From an uncultured Natronomonas sp. (GTDB lineage: Archaea; Halobacteriota; Halobacteria; Halobacteriales; Haloarculaceae), in NCBI GenBank assembly GCA_964638655.1, contig CAZWZX010000001.1, positions 1,788 through 50,629 on the forward strand: 48,842 nucleotides of DNA. The letters are read 5' to 3'. Each line of letters begins with the position of its first letter. Position 1 is the stretch's first letter. The position numbers were made by a program, and so were the translations under genes. Positions 9,986 to 20,004 of this stretch are shown one piece after another. The notes under the pieces were generated by a model. That model was not told where the DNA came from. It worked only from the letters and a program-made list of their open reading frames with translations, and did not search any database.

Positions 9986-10687
9986 TCAACTCATAAACAG
10001 CCGCCTGTCGGCCCGTTCGTGGGCCATACCCATCGTTTCGGCCAGCGGGGCGAAGGAGGCCAACGAACCGAGATCCGCGCCCCGATACTCCGCACAGACC
10101 GACTCGATGACAGGAAGCAACTCCGCGAGCTGCGTCTGTATTTCGGTGTGTCCGAAGCGTCCGAGCCGCTGGGCCGCCCCCAGAAGCTCCGTCACGAACG
10201 AGTACGCACCGACGAGACACGCCGTTTCCCGATCGATCCCGACGCGCCGTGTGAGGACGCCGAGAACGACCGGATACATCCCGGGACTCTCGTCGGCGTC
10301 GACCCGTGCGGCGTGGTCGGCGGCGACACCGCCGTCGAACAGTTCCGGATCGGTCTCCCCGAACAGTTCGAGAAGCGTGTGTCCCGCCTTCGTCGAACTC
10401 GTCCGGAACTCCGCCGGGAGCGTGGCCGCGTACAGCCGTTCGTCGGCCGCCAACACCCCGTCGAGATCGTCTTCGGCAGCCGACCTGTGGGCGTTCGCCA
10501 GCGCGACGGTTTCGGCGGGGCCGACGATCCGGCGGAGATACGCCTCGATCAGTTCGCCGAGTTCCTCGCCGCCCTCGATCCGGCCCTCGTTGATGTACTG
10601 CTCGATACCGTAGGAGGCCGTGTAGGTACCGACCGGCAGAAACGAGTCCGCAAAGCGCATCGCCGCGAGTACGGACGCGTCACTCAT
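9986..10687 (-). CDS. ureF: Urease accessory protein UreF
   Basis: ADSFLPVGTYTASYGIE, GAAQRL, C-terminal HERADRRLFMS; ATG 10687 overlaps the end of ureE. Confidence 0.93.
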   Translation of the reverse strand: MSDASVLAAMRFADSFLPVGTYTASYGIEQYINEGRIEGGEELGELIEAYLRRIVGPAETVALANAHRSAAEDDLDGVLAADERLYAATLPAEFRTSSTKAGHTLLELFGETDPELFDGGVAADHAARVDADESPGMYPVVLGVLTRRVGIDRETACLVGAYSFVTELLGAAQRLGRFGHTEIQTQLAELLPVIESVCAEYRGADLGSLASFAPLAETMGMAHERADRRLFMS

Positions 10688-11228
10688 GGGCGTGGTCCGC
10701 GTCGCCGCGATCGTGACGTCCCGTCCCGTGACCCGCCGACGGTCCGTCGACGAACAGCTCCGCGTCGACCGTCTCGTACCCCGTCGCCGATCCCTCGGGG
10801 AGGTACGGTCCGAGGACGTCCTCGAGGATCCGCTTTTCCGCCTCGAGCGGGACGTAAACGCTCCCGCCCTCGACCGCGACATCCCAGTGTTGGTTGCCGA
10901 TCCGGTGGCCGAGTTCGACCGCAGCGGCGGACGTCCCCGTCCCCGAGTCCGGGAGTTCGATCACGTACGCGTCCCGTTTCTCGAACGTGACGACGGCCGC
11001 CCCCTCCTCGTCGACGAAGAGAACGTCACCCGAGCGGAGTTCGGGACGGTCGACGACGATCCCGAGGTCCGTGCCGGCGTCGGTCTCGACGCGCAGGCGC
11101 GATTTCTTTCGCTCCTCGGCGTCGATGACGACACGCTCTAGGGCCCCCTCGCGTTCGTGGGCCGAGATCCGTTCGTCGAGTTCGGGGTCCTCGCGGCGGT
11201 TGCCGACGACGCCGTCGATCCGTCTCAT
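10680..11228 (-). CDS. ureE: Urease accessory protein UreE (Ni chaperone)
   Basis: ERKKSRLRVETDAGTDLG, LRSGDVL, LGHRIGNQH, short His tail (HG..RH....DHAHE); TGATG overlap with ureD. Confidence 0.9.
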   Translation of the reverse strand: MRRIDGVVGNRREDPELDERISAHEREGALERVVIDAEERKKSRLRVETDAGTDLGIVVDRPELRSGDVLFVDEEGAAVVTFEKRDAYVIELPDSGTGTSAAAVELGHRIGNQHWDVAVEGGSVYVPLEAEKRILEDVLGPYLPEGSATGYETVDAELFVDGPSAGHGTGRHDRGDADHAHE

Positions 11229-12127
11229 CAGTACCTCCTGTCGGCGGGGGCGCCGACACCGAACGCCGCCAGCCGGGTCTCGTCCCAGGCGGTCCTGATC
11301 GTCGCGGTCACGTCCGCCCCGCGATCGCCGAGAACGCGAACGACGACCCCGGTCTCGTACGGTAGCGTCGAGACGCCGGCTTTCGTTCCCGGCGTCCCGT
11401 CCAGCCGGTCGTGAATCCGCTCGGAAAGCGCCCCGGCGTCGGAGGAGGGCGCGAGCACGTACAGCGATCCGACGACGCCGTACTCGCCGACCGTCGCCCG
11501 ATCCCGTGGGTCCCGGTCGCTCGGCCGGAGGTCGACGGTGTCGACACAACGGAGCCGTCCATCACAGCGCGCCTCGACGCGGCTGTGGTAATGATCGAAG
11601 CCGAACGGCTCCTGTCCCGTGAGCCCGTCGGGGACGAGCACGTCGGCGACGATCGCACGCGCCGTCGGGTCGAGTTCGACGGAGACCGTCTGGAGACAGC
11701 GCGAGTCCTCGTTGAGGATCGTCGGTCCGGGGACGTACTCCAGGTGCGCGTTCGCGTCGGCCCGAAGCGTCGTCTCGAGATGAGCGTAGTTCGCCCGCAT
11801 GCTGTGAACTTTGGTCGCACTCTGGGTCGTGACGTGCGCACGGGCACGCTCTCGGGCGTCGATGTCGAGGCGGTGGCGATCGCCCTGGGCGACGCCGCCG
11901 GTCGGCTCCTGCAGACACAGCGTTGTCATTCCGGGTACCGGATCGGTATCGAGCGTTCCGGCCAGGTGATACGGGACCTTCACGCGCTCGGAGAGGAGCC
12001 GCGTCTCCCCGTCCGGTCGTCTCGCGAGCGTCGCCTCGAGGACACCGTCCTTTCCCGGCCCGAACGCGGGCGCCTGCGGGAGGGGATCCTCGCCGTATCC
12101 CTCGAAAGCCTCCGGAACGGCGCTCAT
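11228..12127 (-). CDS. ureD: Urease accessory protein UreD/UreH
   Basis: [25 protein letters not shown]; position in the ure cluster. Confidence 0.92.
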   Translation of the reverse strand: MSAVPEAFEGYGEDPLPQAPAFGPGKDGVLEATLARRPDGETRLLSERVKVPYHLAGTLDTDPVPGMTTLCLQEPTGGVAQGDRHRLDIDARERARAHVTTQSATKVHSMRANYAHLETTLRADANAHLEYVPGPTILNEDSRCLQTVSVELDPTARAIVADVLVPDGLTGQEPFGFDHYHSRVEARCDGRLRCVDTVDLRPSDRDPRDRATVGEYGVVGSLYVLAPSSDAGALSERIHDRLDGTPGTKAGVSTLPYETGVVVRVLGDRGADVTATIRTAWDETRLAAFGVGAPADRRY

Positions 12128-12744
12128 GCGAACAACACTCGGCTTTCGATGTGGTCGAGGACCTCGTCGATCCCCTCATCTGCTTTGCAGTCGGTGAAAC
12201 AGGTCGGCGCGTCGCCTCGAACCGTCTCCGTGTCCTGCCGCATGACGTCGAGATCGGCGTCGACGTGGGGAGCGAGATCGGTCTTGTTGACGACGAGGAG
12301 ATCGGCCTGTGTCACGCCGGGGCCACGCTTTCTCGGGATGTCGTCGCCCTCGGCGACGCTTATGACGAAGACGAAGTAATCGGCCAGTTCCGGGTTGAAC
12401 GTCGCCGCGAGGTTGTCGCCGCCGCTCTCCAGTAAGACGACGTCCAACTCGGGATGGGATTCGGCGAAGTCCTCGATCGCGGCGAGGTTCATCGAGGGGT
12501 CCTCACGGATCCCGGTGTGCGGACAGGCACCCGTCTCGACGCCCTCGACGAGATCAGGCGGGATCAACCCCTCGAAGGATTCTCGGAGCCGATCGGCGTC
12601 CTCCTGTGTCATGATGTCGTTGGCGATCACGCCGACGTCGTACCCCGCCTCGTCGAGTCGCGGGACGAGCCGCTGGACCAGCGCCGTCTTGCCGGATCCG
12701 ACCGGCCCGCCCAGCCCGACCGTCGCGACGTCCCTGTGGCTCAT
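12124..12744 (-). CDS. ureG: Urease accessory GTPase UreG
   Basis: [28 protein letters not shown]; ATGA overlap with the ureA stop. Confidence 0.97.
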   Translation of the reverse strand: MSHRDVATVGLGGPVGSGKTALVQRLVPRLDEAGYDVGVIANDIMTQEDADRLRESFEGLIPPDLVEGVETGACPHTGIREDPSMNLAAIEDFAESHPELDVVLLESGGDNLAATFNPELADYFVFVISVAEGDDIPRKRGPGVTQADLLVVNKTDLAPHVDADLDVMRQDTETVRGDAPTCFTDCKADEGIDEVLDHIESRVLFA

Positions 12745-13073
12745 CGTTCCTCCAGTTGCTCGGGCGAGTCGGCTCTGATCGGGTCGTGGACCGTCACGAG
12801 CTTCGTTCCGTCGGGGAACATCGGCTCGACCTGTATCATGTCGATCATCTCCGGAACGCCGTCCATCACGTCCTCGCGCGTCAGAAGCGCCGTCGCCCCC
12901 TCGCGTATCTCCGAGACGGACATCCCTTCGCGGGCCCGTTCGCAGGCCCAATCGGAGATGTACGCGACCGTTTCGGGGTGGTTCAACACGACGCCGCGCT
13001 CCCGGCGGCGGCGGGCGAGTTCCGCGACCGTGAACACCGTCAGTCGCTCTTTTTCTTTGGGTGAGAGGTTCAT
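12741..13073 (-). CDS. ureA: Urease subunit gamma
   Basis: [11 protein letters not shown]...LNHPE...[27 protein letters not shown]; real start is the internal ATG at 13073. Confidence 0.97.
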   Translation of the reverse strand: MNLSPKEKERLTVFTVAELARRRRERGVVLNHPETVAYISDWACERAREGMSVSEIREGATALLTREDVMDGVPEMIDMIQVEPMFPDGTKLVTVHDPIRADSPEQLEER

Positions 13074-13095
13074 ATTTGGCAGCTGCGTGTCCGAT

Positions 13096-14808
13096 TCATA
13101 TGTGATACCGCTGTGCGAGTGCGATCTCCTCGGCCGGCTCACACGTGACGTGTTCGCCGTCGATCGATACTTCGAACGTCTGGGCGTCGATGTCGATGTT
13201 CTCGGGACAGTAGTCGTTGTACACCATGTCGGATTTCCGTACGGACCGGGTACCACGGACGGGTCGGACGGGCGTCTCGAGACCGTACGCCTCGCCGACG
13301 CCGTTCCCGTAGGCCGCCTCGCTGACGAACGACACCGACAGCGCGTTTTTGGCCTTTCCCATCGCGCCCGCACGGGGGCGCATCTCGACCGGCTCACAGG
13401 TCATGAGAGAGCCGTTGGCCTCGCCCATCTGGCTGTACACCGGGAACCCGCCTTTGATGACGTACTTCGGCTTGACGCCGAAGAAGTCGGGCTCCCACAG
13501 CACGATATCGGCCATCTTCCCGGCCTCGAGCGAGCCGACGTACTCGTCGATCCCGGCGACCTTCGCGGGGTTGATCGTGTACTTCGCGACGTAGCGTTTG
13601 ATCCGCCGGTTGTCGGCGTCGGTCCCCTCGTCTTCGGGCAGCGGGCCACGCTGTTTTTTCATCTTGTCCGCCGTCTGCCACGTTCGGGCGATGACCTCGG
13701 CCATCCGCCCCATCGCCTGCGAGTCCGAGGTCATCATGCTGATCGCGCCCCGATCGTGGAGGACGTCCTCTGCGGCGATCGTCTCCGCGCGGATGCGCGA
13801 TTCGGCGAAGGCGACGTCCTCCGGGACGTCGGGGTTGAGGTGATGACAGACCATCACCATATCGAGATGCTCGTCGAACGTGTTCACCGTGTAGGGCATC
13901 GACGGGTTCGTCGACGAGGGGAGCATGTGGTCGTGCCCGACCAACTCCAGGACGTCCGGCGCGTGGCCGCCGCCGGCGCCCTCGATGTGGAACGTGTGGA
14001 TCGCCCTCCCATCGATCGCGTCGAACGTCTCCTCGACGAACCCCGATTCGTTCAGCGTGTCCGTGTGGATACACACCTGGACGTCCGCCTCGTCGGCGTA
14101 GGCGAGACAGGAATCGATCGCGGCCGGCGTCGAGCCCCAGTCCTCGTGGAGTTTGAGCCCGCAGGCGCCGGCTTCGACCTGTTCGCGCAGCGCCTCCGGC
14201 CGGCTGCTGTTGCCCTTCCCGTAGAACCCGACGTTCATCGGCCACTCCTCGGCGGCCTGCAGGAAGCGTTTGACGTTCTCGGGACCGGGCGTACACGTCG
14301 TCGCGCCGCCGCCGTAGCCGCCGCCGAACATCGTCGTGATCCCGCTGGCGAGGGCGTGCTCGAACAGCCCTGGGCTGTTGAAGTGGACGTGGATGTCCAA
14401 CCCGCCGGGCGTCGCGATGAGGCCGTCTGCCGGCGCCGTGTCGGTGCTCGGACCGACGACGAGTTCCTCGTCGACGCCGTCCATCGTGTCCGGATTGCCG
14501 GCTTTTCCGATCCCGGCGATACGGCCGTTCCGGACGCCGATGTCGCCCTTTTCGATCCCGCGGATCGGGTCGATGACGACGACGTTCGAGAACACCCAAT
14601 CGAGCGCCCCTTCGGCCTGCGTGACGCCGGACTGCATCCCCATCCCGTCCCGCATCGTCTTGCCGCCGCCGAAGACCGCCTCGTCGCCGTAGGTCGCGTG
14701 ATCGCGTTCGATCTCGGCCAGAAGCGACGTATCGCCGAGCCGGAGCCGGTCACCTTCGGTCGCACCGAAGAGATCGGTGTACTCCCGTCGGGAGAGTTCC
14801 CTCGTCAT
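13096..14808 (-). CDS. ureC: Urease subunit alpha (catalytic)
   Basis: [49 protein letters not shown]; Ni-site motifs intact. Confidence 0.98.
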   Translation of the reverse strand: MTRELSRREYTDLFGATEGDRLRLGDTSLLAEIERDHATYGDEAVFGGGKTMRDGMGMQSGVTQAEGALDWVFSNVVVIDPIRGIEKGDIGVRNGRIAGIGKAGNPDTMDGVDEELVVGPSTDTAPADGLIATPGGLDIHVHFNSPGLFEHALASGITTMFGGGYGGGATTCTPGPENVKRFLQAAEEWPMNVGFYGKGNSSRPEALREQVEAGACGLKLHEDWGSTPAAIDSCLAYADEADVQVCIHTDTLNESGFVEETFDAIDGRAIHTFHIEGAGGGHAPDVLELVGHDHMLPSSTNPSMPYTVNTFDEHLDMVMVCHHLNPDVPEDVAFAESRIRAETIAAEDVLHDRGAISMMTSDSQAMGRMAEVIARTWQTADKMKKQRGPLPEDEGTDADNRRIKRYVAKYTINPAKVAGIDEYVGSLEAGKMADIVLWEPDFFGVKPKYVIKGGFPVYSQMGEANGSLMTCEPVEMRPRAGAMGKAKNALSVSFVSEAAYGNGVGEAYGLETPVRPVRGTRSVRKSDMVYNDYCPENIDIDAQTFEVSIDGEHVTCEPAEEIALAQRYHI

Positions 14809-15188
14809 CGACCGATCCCTCGGTATCCCCGCGTTTCGGCGCGATCGAAGGCACGCTCGCGAACGGCCTCGTCGTCGAGTTCACCGTTGACGAGGCCGCC
14901 CGCTCCGTGAACGATCCGACGTCCCCCGATCGCGACGAGATCGACGTCCCGTTCGATGCCCGGTTCGAACCGGACCGCCGTCCCGGCGGGGATATCGAGC
15001 CGGGTCCCGTAGGCCGTCTCGCGATCGAACTCCAGCGCCGGGTTCGACTCGAAGAAATGGAAATGCGATCCGACCTGTACCGGCCGATCGCCCGTGTTCT
15101 CGACGGTCACCGTCGCCGTTTCCCGACCGGCGTTGATTTCGATCGGCTCGTCGGACGCCAGTAGTTCGCCGGGGATCGGATCGCTCAC
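14805..15188 (-). CDS. ureB: Urease subunit beta
   Basis: IPGE...IEINAGR...[42 protein letters not shown]; GTG 15188 with GGAGGT SD upstream. Confidence 0.96.
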   Translation of the reverse strand: MSDPIPGELLASDEPIEINAGRETATVTVENTGDRPVQVGSHFHFFESNPALEFDRETAYGTRLDIPAGTAVRFEPGIERDVDLVAIGGRRIVHGAGGLVNGELDDEAVRERAFDRAETRGYRGIGR

Positions 15189-15271
15189 GGATCCGACCTC
15201 CCCGTCGGACGATCCGACCCGGCCTCCCGTTTCAGGTTCGACAGTTTCGGTTCCATATTCGGATCGACCGA

Positions 15272-15430
15272 TTACTCCCCGGACCCCTCGGTGCGCGTCC
15301 GAACGAACTCCCGGAACCGATCGGAGTACGTTCCGAGCCCGATCCCCAAAACGAACGAGAGGAGACTCGAGAGGACGATCCAACTCAGGTTCGGGTGTTC
15401 CGCGCCGGCGTGCAGCGGTATTTCGAGCAT
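15272..15430 (-). CDS. Small single-TM membrane protein, 52 aa ([52 protein letters not shown]), not in the ORF track
   Basis: Translated by hand; ATG 15430 lies 24-30 nt from a CTTATTA TATA box; one hydrophobic helix and two N-terminal His; same strand as and directly upstream of ureB. Confidence 0.72.
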   Translation of the reverse strand: MLEIPLHAGAEHPNLSWIVLSSLLSFVLGIGLGTYSDRFREFVRTRTEGSGE

Positions 15431-15453
15431 ACCGACACGCCGTTCGGGATCGG

Positions 15454-15460
15454 TAATAAG
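15454..15460 (-). promoter_or_regulatory. Putative TATA box of the small-ORF/urease operon
   Basis: gaacggatagCTTATTAccg on the minus strand, leaderless spacing to ATG 15430. Confidence 0.55.
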
Positions 15461-15593
15461 CTATCCGTTCACGCGATATTATCACCAAGCGCCCGGTTTT
15501 TATACACTCAATTGGTCATACACTGAGAGAGGAGTTCATCAGGTGTATATACAATCCAGATCGGGCGTATCCTCACGGGATCGCCGGCGGAAC

Positions 15594-16052
15594 TCAGTAG
15601 TACCGTCCGAGGATTTCCAGTCCGTCCGCCTCCAGTATCGGCCCCTCGACCGTCGTCGTTCCCTCGCCGCGTTCGATCACCTCCGCACACGGGATGTCGA
15701 TCCCGCGGTCCTCGCGAACGCGCGGAAGCGAACTTCCGGCGACGCTGTAGACGACCCGCCCCAGCCCGCAGTAATAGATCGCGCCGGCGCACATCGCACA
15801 CGGCTCGGTGCTCGTGTACATCGTACACGCGGCCCGTTCGTCCTCGGAGAGTTCCCGGGCGGCGTACCGGGCCAGCTTCAACTCCGGGTGAGCCGTGATA
15901 TCCGTCTCCGTCGCCGTCGTGTTCGTGCTCGTCTCGACGACGGATCCCTCGAGAACCAGTAACGATCCGAACGGGGGATTGCCCGCCGCGAGCGCCTCTT
16001 CTGCCAGCTCGTGAGCCGTTCTGATGTACGCTTTGTCGGTGTTCGTGGACAC
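15594..16052 (-). CDS. Nucleoside/nucleobase deaminase, cytidine-deaminase superfamily (GuaD-like; substrate unproven)
   Basis: GNPPFGSLLV, TAHPE, YTSTEPCAMCAGAI Zn motifs; start placed at GTG 16052 because the upstream extension is not protein-like. Confidence 0.88.
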   Translation of the reverse strand: MSTNTDKAYIRTAHELAEEALAAGNPPFGSLLVLEGSVVETSTNTTATETDITAHPELKLARYAARELSEDERAACTMYTSTEPCAMCAGAIYYCGLGRVVYSVAGSSLPRVREDRGIDIPCAEVIERGEGTTTVEGPILEADGLEILGRYY

Positions 16053-16597
16053 GTGTTCTCGCCTGGCTCTACGTACTGACCGGAGGTTTATAAGAGATGG
16101 TGTCGGGGTTGACCGTCCGATCCTCCCTCCCCGACCGTTCACCGTTATATGGTTCTGTCGCGCACGCTGGATGTGGTTTTGGCCGTCGGAACTCAGGGAG
16201 TCGACAGCGACGCCTGAAGCGCGGACGGGCGACGGACGAGAACCGCTTTCGGCCCGGGGCGTAACGCCGTTATCGTTGTTATTTATCGGGGGGAGTTCGG
16301 CCGAACTATCCGTGACCGAACTCGAACCCGGTTTCGATACGGGGAGGGCGACGAACCGCCGGTGTATGCCGTGTGCGACAACCGGATCGGGCGATCCGTC
16401 CATGCTGGCGTTGTTTCACCGGCCGATCCCGCGTTTCGCTCTCCAGATATCGGAACCGACGTTCCGGACCCCCACGTCTTCCGTCCAGTTCTGCCCCCGT
16501 TTCCGCCCAATATATTACCGATCGTTCGCTCGCGGTTTCGATCGCTCCGCCCATTCCCCCAGTGAGCGACCGTTAGCTATTTGTTCACAATCGACTA

Positions 16598-16612
16598 TTC
16601 CAGTATATGGAA
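16598..16612. promoter_or_regulatory. Candidate IclR operator TTCCA-gtata-TGGAA overlapping the regulator start codon
   Basis: Palindromic arms straddle ATG 16607; this position suits autorepression. Confidence 0.45.
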
Positions 16613-17428
16613 ACGCCGGCCTCCGAACGCGGTTCCGACGACGCCGATCGGACGCTGTCGACGCTGGCGAGGGCGACCGAGATCGTCGAGGTTCTGATGG
16701 GCTCGGGCGGTGCGACCGTCGCGGAACTCGCCGAAGAACTGGATACCTCGAAGAGTACGGTCTACAACTACGTTTCCACGCTTCAGGCCGATAACTGGCT
16801 CGTCAAGCAGGGATCCGAATACCACCTCAGTCTCCGATTCTTCCGGGTCGGTGCCTTCGTCCGAACGTCCGGGACGCTTTTCGGGCCCGCGCGGCCGAAG
16901 ATCGAGGGGCTCGCCGAAGAGACCGGCGAGACCGTCCATCTGTCCACCGAGCAACACGACCGGCAGATCCACCTCTATAAGGCCCACGGGCCGGAGTCCG
17001 TGGGCAGCGAGTACCACCAACAGAAGCTTCATACGTCAGCACACCTCCACGACACCGCGACCGGGAAGGCGATCCTGGCGGCGCTTCCGCGCGAACGCGT
17101 CGAGACGATCGTCGAGACGCACGGTCTTCCGGCGACGACCGATCGGACGATCACCGATCGCGGAGAACTCTTCGAGACACTCGAAGCCATCCGCGAGCGC
17201 GGGTACGCCTGCAACGACGAGGAGGAGATCCGGGGGATCCGTGCGGTCGGCGCGCCCTTGCGAAACCAGGCCGGCGACGTGCTCGGATCGATCAGCGTGT
17301 CGGGCCCGACCAGCCGGCTCCGCGGCGACCGGTTCCACGAGGAACTCCCGGAACTCGTCGTTCGGACGGCGAACGTCATCGAGGTGAACATCGACATGGG
17401 GACACGCCTCTCGGAAGGGGAAACGTAG
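16607..17428 (+). CDS. IclR family transcriptional regulator
   Basis: HTH 'TVAELAEELDTSKSTVYNYVSTL', LAEETGETV, HDTATGKAILA, IRERGYA.NDEE..GIRAVGAP, SISVSGP. Confidence 0.95.
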   Translation: METPASERGSDDADRTLSTLARATEIVEVLMGSGGATVAELAEELDTSKSTVYNYVSTLQADNWLVKQGSEYHLSLRFFRVGAFVRTSGTLFGPARPKIEGLAEETGETVHLSTEQHDRQIHLYKAHGPESVGSEYHQQKLHTSAHLHDTATGKAILAALPRERVETIVETHGLPATTDRTITDRGELFETLEAIRERGYACNDEEEIRGIRAVGAPLRNQAGDVLGSISVSGPTSRLRGDRFHEELPELVVRTANVIEVNIDMGTRLSEGET

Positions 17429-17454
17429 TCTCTCGAGACGGAACGAGGGAAGCG

Positions 17455-17460
17455 TTTAAG
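17455..17460 (+). promoter_or_regulatory. Putative TATA box upstream of the first Mo subunit gene
   Basis: gaagcgTTTAAG; about 140 nt before ATG 17600 and 25-30 nt before an upstream ATG at 17485. Confidence 0.5.
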
Positions 17461-17599
17461 AAGGGAGATACTGTTACGGGACCTATGGCGTCGGAACTCC
17501 GGCGGCCCTCTGGACCGTCAACGTCGAAAGCTCGGATCGACCTGTGTTCGACACGGCGGGTCCCCGGTCGCCGGGAACCGACAACCGAGTGATCCCGAG

Positions 17600-19930
17600 A
17601 TGAGCAAACAAAAACCCAGTGTTCCGAACAGAGAGGAGACAGCCAGCGATCGAACGGAAGACACCGGTGTGGGCCATTCGATCCCGGGCGCTGACGAACG
17701 GACGAAGGTGCGCGGCGAGCCGATCTACGCCGACGACTTCGACAAAGACGAGATGCTCCACGGGGCGGTCGTCCGCAGTAGCGAGCCCTCCGCGAAACTG
17801 ATCGACGTCGATACGTCGGCCGCGGAGGCGATGGAGGGCGTCGCCGCGGTGTTGACCGCCGCGGACGTCCCGAACAACGAATCGATCACGAACATCGTCG
17901 GCCAGCCGGCCGACGTCGGACTGTTGGAGGCGAATCACGTCGTGCTGGCCGACGACGTCGCCCGGTATTTCGGGGAACCGATCGCGCTCGTGGCCGCCGA
18001 AACCCGACGGCTCGCAAAGGAGGCGACGAACCGGGTCGACGTCACCTACGATCCGACCGAGGGCGTCTACGATCCCGAGACGGCGATGGACGAGGACGCC
18101 CCCGAGGTCCACGGCGAGAACAACGTCATCGCGAGATGGAAGCTTCGGGACGGCGACGTCGAGGCGGGCTTCGAGGAGGCCGACGTCGTCGTCGAAAACG
18201 AGTTCGAGACCCAGTTTCAGGAACACGCCCACCTCGAGCCCGAATCCGGCGTCGGCTGGTTCGAGGACGGCGTGCTCAACCTCCGGGTCGCGACGCAGGT
18301 CATAGAGCAGTACCGCGAGATCGCCGAGATGCTCGACGTTCCCGAAAGCAAAGTCCGGATCCGCGGCACCATCATGGGCGGCGGCTTCGGCGGCAAGGAG
18401 GACCTGAACGTCGAACCGTTCATCGCGCTGTTGGTCGACGCGACCGAACGACCCGTGAAACTGACATACGACCGCGACGAGATGTTCTTCGGCCGCCACA
18501 AGCGCTCGCCGTTCACGCTGCAGTTCAAACACGGCGCCACCGCCGACGGGAAACTGACCGCGATGGAGGCCGAGATCGTCTCCGATTCGGGAGCGTACGT
18601 CTATCTCAGCCCGTGGATCCTGCTGTACGCCTGTTATCATTCGACCGGCCCCTACGGGATCCCGAACGTATCCGTCGACGCCTACTCGGCGCTGACGAAC
18701 AACACGCCCGGCAGCGCCTTCCGGTCGTTCGGCTCGATGGAGGTGACCGTCGGCGTCGAACAGCAGATGGACGACCTCGCCCGCGAACTCGGGATGGACC
18801 CGCTCGAGTTCCGCGCGAAGAACTACCTCTCGCAGGGCGATTCGACGGCCACCGGCAGGGAGATCGAGTCGGTCGTCGCCTTAGAGGAAACCCAACAGAA
18901 AGCGATGGAAGCCCTCGGGGAGGCGGCCGAGCGTGACGAGGGGACGCTCGTCGGTCGCGGCTTCGCGAGCAGCTGGCAGTCCTACGGCCGGATGTGTTAC
19001 CTTCACGATATGTCCTCGGCGTGGATCAGCCTCGAGAAGGACGGCAGCGCCGTCGTCCGGTCCGGAATACCGGACCTCGGCGGCGGGCAGCGCGAGTCGC
19101 TCAAACAGATCACGGCCGAGGAGCTCGGGATCCCGGTCGAGGACATCCACGTCAACAACAGCGACACCCAATCGACGCCGCTCGGCGGGACGGTGACGGC
19201 GACGCGGGGGCTGTATATGTCCGGCAACGCCACGAAAAAGGCGGCCGCGAGCGTCCGCGACGACGTCCTCGAGCGGGCGGCGGAGATGCTCTCGGTGGAT
19301 GCCGACCGACTCACGATCGAGGACCGAACCGTTCGAACGGCGAACGGCGAACAGTCCGTTGCGCTTCCCGAAGTCGTTCAGGCGTGTCACGCCGAGGGAA
19401 ACCCGTTGCAGAGCTTCCATACGTTCCGTGCCCCGACGGCCGACCCCGTCACCGACGAGGTTCTCGACGGGAAAATCTTCCCGGATTTCACGTTCAGCAC
19501 CCAGGCGGCCGAGGTCGAGATCGACGCCGACACCGGGAAGGTCACCGTCACGAAGCTCGCCTGTGCCCACGACGTCGGCAAGGCGATCAACCCGGCCCGC
19601 GTCGAGGGACAGATCGAGGGGGGCGCGGTGCAGGGGCTCGGCTACACGCTCATGGAGGATTACGAACTCGAGGAGGGAGTCCCGCTGACGCGGAACCTGG
19701 CGGATTATCAGCTCCCGAGCTCCGACGACATGCCCGAGCTCACCTCGATCCCCCTCGAGAAGGGGACCGGGGTCGGCCCCTACGACGCGAAGGGTATCGG
19801 GGAGCCGGCCATTACGGCGACGCCCGCGGCGATCCTGAACGCGATCCGTGACGCCGTCGGAAACCGCGTGACCGAGTTGCCCGCCGATCCAGAGACCGTC
19901 TACGGAACGTTGAACCGCTCCGAGGAGTGA
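17600..19930 (+). CDS. Xanthine dehydrogenase family molybdopterin-binding large subunit (L1)
   Basis: QEHAHLEP, GGGFGGK, AFRSFG, DLGGG, ATRG, HDVGKAINP, GQIEGG, AKGIGE (catalytic Glu). Confidence 0.94.
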   Translation: MSKQKPSVPNREETASDRTEDTGVGHSIPGADERTKVRGEPIYADDFDKDEMLHGAVVRSSEPSAKLIDVDTSAAEAMEGVAAVLTAADVPNNESITNIVGQPADVGLLEANHVVLADDVARYFGEPIALVAAETRRLAKEATNRVDVTYDPTEGVYDPETAMDEDAPEVHGENNVIARWKLRDGDVEAGFEEADVVVENEFETQFQEHAHLEPESGVGWFEDGVLNLRVATQVIEQYREIAEMLDVPESKVRIRGTIMGGGFGGKEDLNVEPFIALLVDATERPVKLTYDRDEMFFGRHKRSPFTLQFKHGATADGKLTAMEAEIVSDSGAYVYLSPWILLYACYHSTGPYGIPNVSVDAYSALTNNTPGSAFRSFGSMEVTVGVEQQMDDLARELGMDPLEFRAKNYLSQGDSTATGREIESVVALEETQQKAMEALGEAAERDEGTLVGRGFASSWQSYGRMCYLHDMSSAWISLEKDGSAVVRSGIPDLGGGQRESLKQITAEELGIPVEDIHVNNSDTQSTPLGGTVTATRGLYMSGNATKKAAASVRDDVLERAAEMLSVDADRLTIEDRTVRTANGEQSVALPEVVQACHAEGNPLQSFHTFRAPTADPVTDEVLDGKIFPDFTFSTQAAEVEIDADTGKVTVTKLACAHDVGKAINPARVEGQIEGGAVQGLGYTLMEDYELEEGVPLTRNLADYQLPSSDDMPELTSIPLEKGTGVGPYDAKGIGEPAITATPAAILNAIRDAVGNRVTELPADPETVYGTLNRSEE

Positions 19931-19967
19931 ACCGTCGCCCCGCATCGAAGCCCGGTTGATGCGAACA

Positions 19968-19973
19968 TTTATC
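19968..19973 (+). promoter_or_regulatory. Putative BRE/TATA for the M-S-L2 unit
   Basis: gcgaacaTTTATC about 32-37 nt before ATG 20005. Confidence 0.45.
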
Positions 19974-20004
19974 AACCACCTCTCACATCTATCCCACATC
20001 GCCC

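Noticed and set aside
12454-14910. Very long antisense ORFs (818 aa here; also 6117-7712, 27118-28863, 32275-34326, 35231-36889, 46577-48238)
   Set aside because: They mirror well-supported genes on the other strand; stop-codon scarcity from GC-rich codon bias explains them and they carry no motifs
16053-16403. 117-aa N-terminal extension of the deaminase
   Set aside because: Low-complexity, non-acidic sequence; a TATA-like TTATAA at about 16088-16093 lies inside it
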